The notes: a model not told the origin generated them from the letters alone. Positions 24,789 to 36,454 are shown, counted from the first letter of the whole stretch. The stretch: DNA of 63,986 nt, filler included, from Elsinoe ampelina (GCA_010093995.1; 4 parts of 4 records of this genome joined end to end with filler, not necessarily neighbours in it), one strand, 5' to 3'. Numbers and translations: made by a program.

Positions 24789-26301
24789 GATTGAAGCTGA
24801 CTTGTGCAGAATGCTCTACTAAGCGATTTTCGAAATGTGTTGTGGTTTCACGAGTCTGGCATGGTATTTGAAGGAAGAGTTTACACGGACTCGTGGCATC
24901 TATCGTTGTGTTTGTGTGACCTTGGGAGGGCGTGGTGACACAGAGTCATGGTGTATGTGCTCACATGATCTTCGAGTCTTCGAGTCAAGAGGAGACAACC
25001 ACACTCGGCGATTCAGCAAGTGGAAGGGGAAGAATTGTCCAAAGTGATCACTTTTGGAGGGATTGGGTTCTCAGTACCTTCCGAAGGTAGTTTAACGACT
25101 GTTCTCATTGACATCGTCCGAACGAGCACAAATAATCACACACAGTAGGCTTGATGGTTGATTCGACGACGACACGACACAGATCGATTGACAAAACTTC
25201 ATCTCGTGTCTTAGCTCTACATGACTTCATGGCACGAAAGAGAATGGCTGGGACAATGCTGGTTCGGTGACCTAGCGCTGAGAATGTACAACCTAGGCGG
25301 ACTTGATCACTGGTTGAGTCCCTCATTAACTGCGATTCGCGCAACAGCAGAATATGGTATACGTCCTCAATGATGTGGTGCGCATCATGACGTGTAAGTA
25401 TTCCTCTCATGACACCTATTCCCGTCACAAACATACTTCCCAAAGCAGAACTTACTCAACAATCACGACACATCTCCCACCGAGACAACAAACTTATCGA
25501 AACTACGAGATGTCTACTCAACAAGAATCATCAAGCAAGTCTTCCCCATCAAGATATGGTGCTTCAGGTCAGATTCACACAGATTTTTTGCAATAGCGCG
25601 CTAGCAGCCAGCAGCAATCGAGTGATCTGGATCTCCTCCCTCTTCTGACGCTTTGACGGATTGGGCAGAAGAAAGCACATCTCCCTGCAGTCGGTCCTTT
25701 GAGAATTGGAGAAGATCATTCTTAACCTACAACAGGGAGGAGAGTGGGTCGACAAGCAGGATATGCGTCGAAGCTACTGATACAAATAGATCGACCATAT
25801 TCTTCCCAGGTCGTCGACTTTCTCTGCCCCTCTTTGAAGGTCAGACAGAGGAGCAGGTCAAGTTGAACTCCAGCTTGCTAAGGAACCTGATGGCGTACCA
25901 AGAAGAGCTGAGTCTGTTCTTGTCAAGTCAAATGGATCACTTTGCAGTCGTGCTATCGACCTACATTCTACCTTCTCGCTTGGAATGGGTCAAGATCATT
26001 TCTTTCTGGAAACTGCCATTTGCAAGCTGAGGGTTGCCTCGTCGGATAAACTTTCCGCCTGCTGCGCTATACGCCCTTTCGATGACTATCCAGCCGCCTG
26101 AATTGCTTTCCTCGCCCAGTGTGCTGGGGTGTCAGACCTGTCATGGAAGCATCGCATCGCGATTCACTATAGTATTCTACATTGGCGAGGACCTATTCTG
26201 GTCAATATCTCTCAGCGAACATCAAATCTTAGCACCTCGACCTGGTCATGTTCCTCGATGTTGTCTCATCTGTTCTAGAGAGATGGGCGCACACCAATCA
26301 A

Positions 26302-26886
26302 TCAGTCCACCCATCCTCTACCCGTAGACAGCATGCAATCTACCCATACGATCAGTATCCCAAAGAGTGTAAGCATACCTTTCGTCGGGCGCTCGGCTGC
26401 AGCGATCTCACTCGACGGCAGGAGATCGCTATTGGGGACGCTCTGAAGCTGGTCTCCGGCAGCCTCCTCGGAGAAGGTGACTGCTTGACTGTATTCGCTT
26501 GCAAGCTGAGCATAGCGTCTGAGATCTTGTGCGTAGAAGTGGTCAAGATCGTTGTGGTAACCCACGAGCTTGACCAGAAGGCTCAGATTAAGACCGATGA
26601 ATGTTTCGCTAGTGGAAGCGAATGGTACCAAATAGCGGCGACACGTCGTGGGATAGTGCGGCAATATAGCTTTCGCTTTGATCTGTTCGGACATTCTCTG
26701 GTTCTTGGGTCTTTCCTCCATAGGGTTTTTACCCATATCGCCGTCAGTTGGATCTGAAGAGTCTACTTTTCGGCGCTTTGGAAGAGGACTATCAAGACTC
26801 GCTGGCACGTATTTCTTTTCCAGCTCTTCTGTCGCAAGTTGTTCCTGCAGATTGTGGTAACGAGCGCTAGTTTTCCTGGGTGCCAT
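26302..26886 (-). CDS. Hypothetical protein with 'RRYLVPF' domain, paralog B (start uncertain; may be truncated or decaying)
   Basis: Part of open frame 26302-27612; plausible start MAPRKTSAR at 26886; NLS-like PKRRK; shares RRYLVPF...IGxNLSL with paralog A. Confidence 0.55.
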   Translation of the reverse strand: MAPRKTSARYHNLQEQLATEELEKKYVPASLDSPLPKRRKVDSSDPTDGDMGKNPMEERPKNQRMSEQIKAKAILPHYPTTCRRYLVPFASTSETFIGLNLSLLVKLVGYHNDLDHFYAQDLRRYAQLASEYSQAVTFSEEAAGDQLQSVPNSDLLPSSEIAAAERPTKGMLTLFGILIVWVDCMLSTGRGWVD

Positions 26887-28513
26887 AGTTGTACCGTCGT
26901 CAGAGTACTCAGCTTGAGGAGGCAACCACTCTACTTCTTCTGCTGGGCGGGAGAATGCTTGGTCCTGCCAGTGCAGGAATGTAGTCATCCATGGACTATC
27001 GATGGCGAGACTTGTGCCATGGAGTGGATCTCCGATACCGAGCTTGGATGCGATTTCAACTGTCGTCATGTGCTCCGAGGGTATGGAAGAACGCTGCTCC
27101 AGGCGGCCAGCAAATTCATGCCTGAGTACCTCCGCTAAGGGAGCTTTCGTCATAGCTCGTCTCACACGAACGGCCTGCTTGGTGGACAAACCATGATTTC
27201 GATCGGGGACTCTCCTGCTCTGTTTGAAGACCATAGGTACAAGTGAAGGGCCATCGCCTGTAAGCGCTGCGAGTACCAGGCTCCTCTCGACGTTCCAGGT
27301 GCTCGTAATACCACCTCGATGTGTCGCCGACAGTGCGGCCGTTCCAGGAGAAACTGGTACTGTACGCAGTGTGTCAGGCAGTCCAAGCTTCCGCTGTCCT
27401 TGGTGGTTGTCCAGCTGCATAACGTGATCAGTACGCACGACGTTGCGCAAGAAAATTGACGGTCTAGCGGTATAAGTGATGTAGACAGCTGTGCTGGATG
27501 TTTGTGAATTGTTGTAGTGATTGGAAATTCCTTCTCGGGCTGGCGCCTGCGACAAACGGGTTGACAGCGCTAATACGAGAGCAGTGGGGGACCGCGCAAG
27601 GCCGACGATCACATGTGCACTACCCAGCGAGAATCTTCTTCATTCAGGTTCTCCATGAATCGTCACGCAGGAACATTCGGGTTATTCCTCGTTATTTTCG
27701 AAGGGTAATGGCATGTCGCCACTCACCGCCATGTGCCATCGTGCCTGTCAGGTGCAATGAAAGCCGATCTCACCACGTTGGACGAACCGATGGATCTACT
27801 AGCACTACAGATCAAGCGGCAAGCAGTACACGGCGTAATGATCTAATTTTCACCAATTGCAGGTTTCCATGAGCAGACACTGCGGAGTGCGATATAAGCT
27901 TGGTCATACATTTTCTCGGTCCAGCCACGTTAGGACAAGAGCATGGACGCCACGATTGGTCACGCGGCATTGTTGATGAAAGAAAGATGAATCAAGACTG
28001 GAAATGGAAGCAGACGGGAAACATGGGTATGCTTTTCTCAGCTGGACCGCTGAGGTTTGCGGAGCCGCTCGGGGATCACGCCTGTCAACAGAGCAACATT
28101 AGAGCGAAGGATGCCTCGAGTGTCGTCTTTGGGGGGGAGTTCTGGTGATCAAAGGGCAAAAGAGAGGGCCTACATCTGAGGATATAACATTATGTGGAGC
28201 CAGTAGTTTACAAGATGTCTGGATCCAATGAGCGACTGCATCCTTTCCCGTAACGGGATTGGACATGACGTCAAGCAGTGGAGGATACAATTCCATACAC
28301 AAGCACACAGAAATGATGGATATGATGGGAGATTGTGGCTTGCCTGCATAGTGAAGATCAAGTGTTGTGTTGGACAAGGAAGGATCAAATTTGGTGAGCG
28401 GGGCCGAACTGGATGCTTTGTCAACATCCCAACGCATGCCACAATCTCACTGCTGCCGAGTCTCCGAGGCATTTCAATGTGAACAGCGCCATTCGCACTT
28501 CACAGCTCACACA

Positions 28514-29509
28514 ATGATCAACTTCGGCGTCATTGGGACGAATTGGATCACTGACTGGTGGATTACATCAGCTCGAGCTTCAGGTCGCTGGAAGCTCACC
28601 GCGGTTTACTCACGAACCACGGATGCGGCAACTTCATTTGCGTCCAAATATGACGTATCCACAGTCTACACATCGATAGCAGACTTGGTGGCTGACAAGA
28701 ATGTCTCTGCTGTGTACATCGCATCGCCAAACTCTTTGCACTTTGAACATGCCAAAGAGGTGTTGAACGGCAAGAAGCACGTAATCCTGGAGAAGCCGGC
28801 AACCTCAACCGTGGAGGAGCTTATACAGCTGCAAGACCTTTCCCGCAAGAACGATGTATATGTCTTGGAAGCCTATCGTCATATCCAAGAAGTCAACTTC
28901 AAGGTCCTCAAGCAAGCGCTGGAGCAAAAGAAGCTTGGTCCTATCTATGGTGCCAGCTTCACGTACGCTAGTTTCAGCTCAAGATACCACAATGTTCTTG
29001 CTGGCGAAAAGCCCAACATCTTCACCTTGGACTTCTCCGGGGGATCCCTAGTCGACATTGGCGTGTATCCAGTCACATTCGCCGTTGCGCTATTCGGCCG
29101 CCCAACGTATCAGCTCTATCATGCTACGAAGGCCCCCACTGGAGTCGATGCCGGAGGTTTCATCTTGCTACACTACGATGACTTTTCGGTACAGATCAAT
29201 CAAAGCAAAGCATGGACCTCGTCCGCACCTTGTGAGATCTACGGCGAGAAAGGCACCATCATTACCAACGGAACAGCCGACATTGACAGCGTCAAGTTCT
29301 GGAGCAACAAGACCAAAGAGACCGAAGATCTCAGTCAACCGAAGGCTGACAAGAATATGCAAGAAGAGGCCGAAGAGCTCGGACGCATCATAGAAGAGGA
29401 TGACAAGAAGGGCGCCGCAGCCCTGCAGGACTTGAGCATGGCTGTTCTCGAGATCACCACCGACTTGCGTCAACAGAACGGCATTGTCTTCAAAGTGGAG
29501 CAAAAGTAG
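28514..29509 (+). CDS. Gfo/Idh/MocA family oxidoreductase (YgjR/YulF-like), intronless
   Basis: MINFGVIGTNWIT, AVYIASPNSLH, EKP, SSRY...GEKPNIF, GGSLVDIGVY. Confidence 0.93.
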   Translation: MINFGVIGTNWITDWWITSARASGRWKLTAVYSRTTDAATSFASKYDVSTVYTSIADLVADKNVSAVYIASPNSLHFEHAKEVLNGKKHVILEKPATSTVEELIQLQDLSRKNDVYVLEAYRHIQEVNFKVLKQALEQKKLGPIYGASFTYASFSSRYHNVLAGEKPNIFTLDFSGGSLVDIGVYPVTFAVALFGRPTYQLYHATKAPTGVDAGGFILLHYDDFSVQINQSKAWTSSAPCEIYGEKGTIITNGTADIDSVKFWSNKTKETEDLSQPKADKNMQEEAEELGRIIEEDDKKGAAALQDLSMAVLEITTDLRQQNGIVFKVEQK

Positions 29510-29677
29510 TTTCGTCGATATGTATCTAATGCACAGTCCGACAACTCGGCATCCGTTACGGCTGTCGACCAAGTCGAGCCACAGTCTGTCCCGAGCTGTC
29601 CCAATGCCTTGATCCAAAGCACCATCTCAAAACCGCCCACTCAAACTCGCGCCCGCTTGCATCGGTCCAACCTGAGG

Positions 29678-30177
29678 TCAAGACGCTGTACCCATGGTCA
29701 TACGAGAGTCACGGCGACGTTCCTGCTCGGCGATCGTCCCATAACCTTTGATCGACTCATAACTATCTCGACGACTCCCCCAATCCTCCTCATCTGACCT
29801 GAAACGTGTCGGGGAGGATATTGAGCCACGTGGTGTTGGTCCTCCTGGCGCATTGCCTCCCTTTCTCATCTCCACCCACAATATCAACATCCTGTACACC
29901 ATCTGTGGCCAATCAGCACAAGTCTTATCAATCACCAGTATGTACCTACGACCAAGCTGATCACCAGAAGACAGAACATTCCCATCGAGAGGATAAGCTC
30001 CCATGCTGTGGCGTCCACCTGGCCGTATGAAGGCTCCGCTGGCACGGACTCCGATGAGGTCGGTGGGCTTGGCACGAGAGCTGACCCTGTACTCTGTAGC
30101 GGTGCAGAAGTCGGCTGTCCGTACGGCATGGCCATATGTAGAGGTGCGTTTACGACCATGAACGGAAGTGGCGCCAT
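29678..30177 (-). CDS. Small membrane-protein array gene a (150 aa, 1 TM); exons 30177-29950, 29902-29678
   Basis: GTAGGT...CTGAT...CAG phase-0 intron joins LLVISLV|MVYRMLILW; charged tail with YGTI. Confidence 0.7.
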
Positions 30178-30637
30178 GGTCGTTCTCCTTCTGCGACGGA
30201 ACTCGTCTTCTCTCCTACACTGGTCGAACTTTGCTGGCTGTCTTGGTCACTGCAGCAAATCACTGGGCGTTTGCATCCGACATACAAACGATGTTGGAAG
30301 AAGGAGGCATGGCGAGGATCGACGGATTTTTGAGGCCACATCGCGATTCATCGAAATTCGCACAGTGTGAACTCTGTCCGGTAGTGTATCCACCCCGGAT
30401 CATACCGAGCAAAAGCATGAGGCCGCGACGCTACCAGAATGGGAGGTAGCGTCTCAACGTGGAGAGTCATGATCTGCGAGATCACTGGCTGGTGGAGATG
30501 TCGAACGTCTCAAAACTCATTCCGGCATTCGTACGTGCGGCTCTACTGCTTGCTACTCTACCGTGAAGGTGCCCTTTGGAGACCGCCATCTCCGGACAAG
30601 CTGGACCACGCTCGCTTTGCTTTCAGCCACGGTGTTC

Positions 30638-31126
30638 TCAATTGTCAGCTTCGCTAGTTTGCCTCTCCGATCTCCCCTCAGGCTCGACCTCAGCCTGGTT
30701 TTGCGTCATCCTATCCTCCAGCTGTTCCACAACCCCAGCAATAAAGCCCGGCATGCTAAAAGCAAACATGACCATGAGCATCAACCCCTCGACACGCTCA
30801 CGTGGAGATCGCTCTTTGAAATCCTTGAGGTCCCCGAAGATCAGATTTGTGGCCATGAAGAGGATTGTAGTTCCGGTGGCTATCATGCAGCATAATCTGC
30901 CTCCGGCTCTGAAGTTCTCAATCTCTCGCTTTCGCTCTTGATTACGCTCGAGTTGCCGTTCGTGTCGGACGATGGCCCTCATTTCTTGCCTATGATTTGT
31001 TATGCTAGGTCGGTTCGGCTCCGCAGAGAGAGCGGGGGCGGTGTTGATCTGGGCTGAAGCCTCCTTCAGGATTGAGCTGTATGGTGGAGCTTCATCTGGT
31101 ACTGGCCTGTAGGGATTATCCATCAT
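30638..31126 (-). CDS. Small membrane-protein array gene b (162 aa, 2 TM, intronless)
   Basis: ATG 31126; APPY motif, charged helix, two hydrophobic segments; TATAAA about 110 bp upstream. Confidence 0.7.
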   Translation of the reverse strand: MMDNPYRPVPDEAPPYSSILKEASAQINTAPALSAEPNRPSITNHRQEMRAIVRHERQLERNQERKREIENFRAGGRLCCMIATGTTILFMATNLIFGDLKDFKERSPRERVEGLMLMVMFAFSMPGFIAGVVEQLEDRMTQNQAEVEPEGRSERQTSEADN

Positions 31127-31681
31127 ATTGTGTGGTTGTCTCTGAAAAACGATCGTGTTCTGAGATGTCACGATATTCTTGACTGGATGTGCACTTTCTT
31201 GGTTGGGCTTGGACGCAGCCCCATACGCAACAGCTTTATATCATTCCTCGCTTCGACTATCTGTCCTCCTGAATTTCTTGCACATCATGAGTCACGACTC
31301 AGAGTTGCTGCTCGAGCATTCTGGAAGCCGCGAGATGGTTTCAAGGTGCTATGAATTGTATTACACGAGTGCTGCATCTCTCCATGCACCATCTGTCCCA
31401 GCGAATCACGAAATTGGTCGTTGGAACAAGAGGCAGTCTCAAGAGCTCTAGGAAACGATCGATGGCTTACATACCACCACTAGTTTCTAGTCTGGAAATG
31501 GAAACTCAAATTACAAAAGAAGCTGTGGACCAAATTTGCTGGATCGAGGGATCTCGAATGATCCCGTCGTGGAGATTTTCCAAACAATCAAATCGGCGCT
31601 GCTCCTGTTCCTGCTTCTGCTCCTGGGACCAATCCTTCCATTCTACATCATATCCGTCGTGGTTTTACAGAGCCTCGTGTC

Positions 31682-32402
31682 TCACACTAGCGGCCATGCA
31701 GTCGCAGGCGGTGCACTGATCTCTGTGGGGTCGTAATCGATGCTGCGTAATTCGATGTCGGAGCCGCCGATACCTGAAGATCCAGGCCTACGAATAGGAT
31801 GGATATCGCCTCGCAGACGCTCCTGGCGTGCCTCATGCTCCTGGATTCTCACCTGTCGTCTCCTCTCCTTCGCCGCGCTCCTCGAGAAACATCCTTTGAT
31901 GCAATACACCAAGTGTGCGGCAACAGCGATTAAGATCAACTAAGATGGTCAGCTTCTTCCCCCCTAATTGATGCGCAGACGGCACACTCACCAGGACAAA
32001 ACCGGCACCCATAATTATAGCTTCTATCACAAGGGCAAAACTCAACCGATTCTCAAGCTTTTCTGCTGTGGCGTCGTCTTTGGCGAAAGCTATGGGACCT
32101 AGGAATGCCATACCAGTCAGGGAGATGAGGCCACCGAACAGGGCCATGTCAAGCAACATTGAGAATCCGACGCATCTCCTAATTTGCTTCTTGGACTCGC
32201 GCCGGCGAGTGCGACTTTGGACGTATTCGATGTCTCGCCAGAGACTGTCTGATATAGGAGATGGGCGTGGCGTTGAGGTCGTGGTTGGGCGTGGTGCAGT
32301 AGCGCTGGCGTAAGATGGGAGGACGGTGCTAGCCTGTGACATGTTGGATGCTCTGGAGGGTGCCTTGGTGAATACCTTGGGCAGGGTGGGCGACATGGTC
32401 AT
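31682..32402 (-). CDS. Small membrane-protein array gene c (222 aa, 2 TM); exons 32402-31992, 31939-31682
   Basis: LPSY motif; GTGAGT...CTGAC...TAG phase-0 intron joins GAGFVL|LILIAVAA; charged tail. Confidence 0.78.
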
Positions 32403-32761
32403 GGTTTGTGTGTGTGGTATGCTGGGTCTGTTGAGAATGGATTCCGAATCGTGAGTTGAAGAGTGCTTTGAATGAAGGAAGGAGACAGAGAGGGAAGGTA
32501 TTTATGTTGCATCTCTTCACTTGCTATTTGCCTTCCTTGCACCCCAAGCGTTCTTTTGGTCTTATCCGGAACTCTAATAAAGCCCGGGATGAATTTCTGG
32601 TATCTTCGCAAGGAGAATCATTGCACATCCGCAGGACCCTGAAGCTTACACCTGTCTACGAGACATTATCTTGTGGTGTGCCTCAGCCCACGTCGCCGTC
32701 CATCCCACACATCAAGCTTGACTCCCCATAGCACGGCTCCACAAAGCAAGCCTTGCTACCG

Positions 32762-33055
32762 CTACAGACCAACCCTCACTCCATCTATGTGCGGATTTAC
32801 CTCTTGCATATAGACTAAGATGGTATGATGCCAATAGGCCTATGCTACATTAGCCTCCGCACGAGTCATCGAAGAACCGCCACTTACCGGAAAGACCAAT
32901 ATGTGATGAAGGATATACAGCGCCACCAGAGCGCCGAAGCAGAGTATTATGTTCGGTATAAAGTGCTCGACAATCAGCTGTCGTAGGCTGAGCGAATCTC
33001 GTCCATGGTAGTAGAACAGGAGACAGAAAGCCGGCAGGCAGAAGATCAGAATCAT
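32762..33055 (-). CDS. Small membrane-protein array gene d (about 81 aa, 2 hydrophobic segments); exons 33055-32888, 32839-32762; N-terminus uncertain
   Basis: GTAAGT...CTAAT...TAG phase-0 intron immediately after LYILHHILVFP. Confidence 0.5.
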
Positions 33056-33224
33056 GGTGTGGTGTGAGGTAGAAGGCGGACAGCTTCGCAAGAATGTATG
33101 GCAGTGCTATGGCTTTGCAAGAGGACATTGAAGTGATTATGAGGGAAGTAGGGTAGGTCTTTCTTCATTGCAGAGATTTTCTACCATTTCTTCTTCTCCA
33201 ACAGATTCGTAGTCTACCAACCTT

Positions 33225-33858
33225 CTAGGCCACTTCGGCGACGTCCTCCCAGTCCGCCTCATCACTCTCTGAGGACTTGTGGATCTGAGTCTCCTGCTTC
33301 TGGATCTCATCCCCATAACTACCTTCGTTCTGAGCTACCACCACAACCTGACCTTCTCTCTCTTGAGTCGTCTTCTTCTGCATCTTCACGTGAGCTGCCT
33401 TCTCAACCCTCTTCCGAGCCACTTTTGCCTTCAAAGCTCGAGTCTTCTCATCAACCGCATCATCAATCTCCCACTGGCACCTCCCCGTGAACTGTCATAA
33501 TCAGCAAATTCTTCCAACTCCAATGGACTACCATACTCACCACGAATATCCAGAAATACCATAACCACACCGCGCCGGTGGCCAGAAACGTACACACCAT
33601 GAGAAGTGGCCACGCGATGCAAATCACACTCCAAGAGGCAGAGAAGAGCTGCCATGTAAAGCCGGAAGCTGCCTGTGTCGCCGTGTAGATATTGTGAAAG
33701 AGAGGTCCATAGAACGATACGGCGTTGTCGATGTGCTCCTCCATCGGGAGGGGTTCGAAGGTGATGAGAACCCTTAAAGCGCCGACCACAGACGAGATCA
33801 TGAGTTCGGTGGCGAGCAGGTCGCGGATGAAGAGGCGGGTGGAACGGGCGGTGGGCAT
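33225..33858 (-). CDS. Small membrane-protein array gene e (194 aa, 2-3 TM); exons 33858-33541, 33491-33225
   Basis: GTGAGT...CTGAT...CAG phase-0 intron joins WYFWIFV|FTGRCQW into ORF 33225-33434; K/E-rich tail. Confidence 0.78.
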
Positions 33859-34197
33859 TTTGGGTGCTGTGGGGATGGTTACTGGTTGGATAGGGTGATG
33901 ATGGGATCGAACGTTGGTGGGTCCAAGTGCTGATCCAAGGGTAGCTGGTCGGATCAATCGCTGTAGGTTCTAGTGCGGGTGGGATGTAGACGAGTGAGGG
34001 AGTAAGGACGATAGAAAAGAGGGATATAGGTGAGGAGCGAAGTGCGATTTTGTCGGTGGGCGAGATGAAGGATAAGTTTTTACTATGGAGCAAAGCAATG
34101 TCTGCTCACTCCACATGTGGTGGAGACTACAAGTAAGTTACACCCTATCTCTTCTAGCTTGGAGACTCAATTCGTGGAGTCAATATCCGACACGTTT

Positions 34198-34700
34198 TCA
34201 ATTCTCTAGTTGCACGGCCCGGAGAAAATATTCTTGACGGTAAGTACAAGGATGCCCCGTTGCCTTGCGGGCCATGGCCACCTCATCACTCCTCTGCCTC
34301 TCGTCTGGTAGACCAAGCGTTGAGCTCCTAGCATAAGTTTTCTTCCACCTCTCCCACCAGACTTTCATGCCCGTCTTCCCTGTACTCGACACCGACACTC
34401 CACCGTTTTCCTAGTCCCCTTGCAATAATCCTTCCCTTACCGCTGCCAACCCGCAAACACCAGAAGCACACAAGAAATAGCATTAAGAATCCCAGGAAGG
34501 TCACGAAGCCATGCCCGGCCATGAGTCCGTGGGTCTTTATCCTCTGCGAGGTCGAGCTGAATCAAAGCTTGGGTGACTTGGTAGATGCTGTTTGCGAGAT
34601 CCAAGGCGATGAAGAAGACAAAGGCGGCGAGGAGAGTGAGGAGGAGTGGCACGATGGCCTGTAATAGCGGACGGCGGAAGGGGAGATTGGCAAAGAGCAT
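34198..34700 (-). CDS. Small membrane-protein array gene f (2 TM); structure ambiguous, possibly a frameshifted pseudogene
   Basis: Strong TM1 in ORF 34437-34700; a better TM2 (GFVTFLGFLMLFLVCFWCL) lies in a shifted frame; GTAAGG donor at about 34440. Confidence 0.5.
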
Positions 34701-35090
34701 CTTAGTCGAGCTCGGAGACTGCAGATATTTGTAAAATCGATTGAGGAATAGTGCCGGTCCTTGAGGGATGACTGTTGTGGAGGGATCTTGAAGGGGACAC
34801 AGGGTGAGATGTGTGTATAGTATGATCAGAGGAGATGAGAGTCGTAGACCGTATCATGGTTTAGACTGGGACAAAAGTAAGTCACTCTTGGAAAGAAGAG
34901 ATGTGAGAGTTCGATGGGTGCGGACGGCTGGCTTTGCTTTTACCGCCTTCAATGCTTTTACTGGAGAAGAAGTTCTGATTGGGAGAGCCTACGGAGGTTG
35001 ACCTGATAAATTTGTCATTTCACCTCGAAAGATTCTGCCTGATGAAGGACCGTAGAATGAAGTCCGGTGCCCTGAAGGCGTCCTCTTACC

Positions 35091-35551
35091 CTAGACTGCA
35101 GAATCAGCACTCGCCGCCTGCCTAGGAGCAGTCGCTGCAGCTGGCGGAGCAGTCGCCGCAGCTTGCCGAGCAGTCAAAGGCTGCGCTTCCTCCTCCTTCA
35201 CCGCAGATGCCACCGCGTTCAAGGTGACGCCGGACTGAAAGGTCAGTCAGCCTCATTGTCCTTGCTTGCAGCTGGGAGCAGACTTACCGCGACGATCATC
35301 AGCATGGTACATCCCGCGAAAAAGGCCCATAGAGTTGTTGCGAACTGAAGAGTGTCGAGCCATATGTCGGGGTATTTGAACTGGATGGCGTCGCTGAACA
35401 ACCAGAGGACCGCGGCGATGTAGGTGCTGATTATGAGTCCGAAGACGATGGAGAAGAAGAGGAGGACTAGACAGGTTACAAAAGCCGCAGAAGTGGAAAG
35501 TTCTGGCGGCGCGGTGCGTTGGGCAGAAGGTTGCTCTGTGGTGGATGACAT
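35091..35551 (-). CDS. Small membrane-protein array gene g (135 aa, 2 TM); exons 35551-35288, 35234-35091
   Basis: GTAAGT...CTGAC...CAG phase-0 intron directly after TM2 (TMLMIVA|SGVTL); Ala-rich tail. Confidence 0.78.
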
Positions 35552-35767
35552 GTTGTTGAAGTGGTTAACGATCGGCTGATGTGTTGTTCAGTGTGCTGGT
35601 ACGATCGTGGTGCACACGAAGAGATGGTGATTAATAAGGGAACGAAGGGTGACGATTAGACGAAGTCAATAGACAAGGTTCACAAGTATATCGTAGAGTT
35701 TTGCAGATTTGTCGAAGATGCTTGCTTCTGCCGCGACCATCTGGCGCTTGATGGAAGAAGCGATGTA

Positions 35768-36135
35768 TCACACATCTCCGCCTTGCTGCCACCAGCGGTA
35801 CCATGCGGGAATCCATTTGGCGAGCGCCTATGACAGTCAGTCGATATCGGCCACTTCGATAGTTGGAGTACTACCACTGGTAGTAAGCAGACGACGCCAT
35901 AGAAGAAAGCCTCTGTCGTGATCAAGAGATCGCAGAGGGTAGACTGATTGCCGAAATTCAGATTCAGCCTGCCAGTTGACTCGTCTTGAATGACATCTCG
36001 GAAGATGATGAACATCATGGATGCTGAGGTGATGAAGTAGAAAGTGAAGGCGGACAGGATCATGAAAGTGGCCCCTCTGTAGAACATTGTACCAATGTCT
36101 TTCGCAATGTCGGTCAAAAATGCCATGGCGCCCAT
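35768..36135 (-). CDS. Small membrane-protein array gene h (about 106 aa, 2 TM); exons 36135-35875, 35827-35768
   Basis: Two TM segments; GTAGTA...CTGAC...TAG phase-0 intron after VVCLLPV (donor weaker than consensus). Confidence 0.6.
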
Positions 36136-36454
36136 TGTTTCTGGCTGTCTCTTCCTTGATGGTGGATGCAGGTCTGAGAGATAGGAACATACAAGAAGCA
36201 AAGGCAACGTTGTTTTCTATACTTGATTGATTCGCTGCTCCATCGGCGAAATGAAACACCGGCTGGGGATAGGCTAGTGAAAAGGGTGAATACCTTATCA
36301 AGTGGCCTCCCCACAATGAGACAATATTGCTGTGAACAAATAGCGGAATTCGGATATAAATGCTTACCTAGATGGTAGTGATCATTCCCCCGTTATGCAT
36401 CCGGCAAATCTCCTCCATGTTGAATTAGCATGGATCGTCCAGTCGTTTGACACT

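Noticed and set aside
26887..27612. N-terminal 240 aa of the 436-aa ORF
   Set aside because: Begins at a non-ATG codon, no motifs; cannot be supported as coding, though not excluded.
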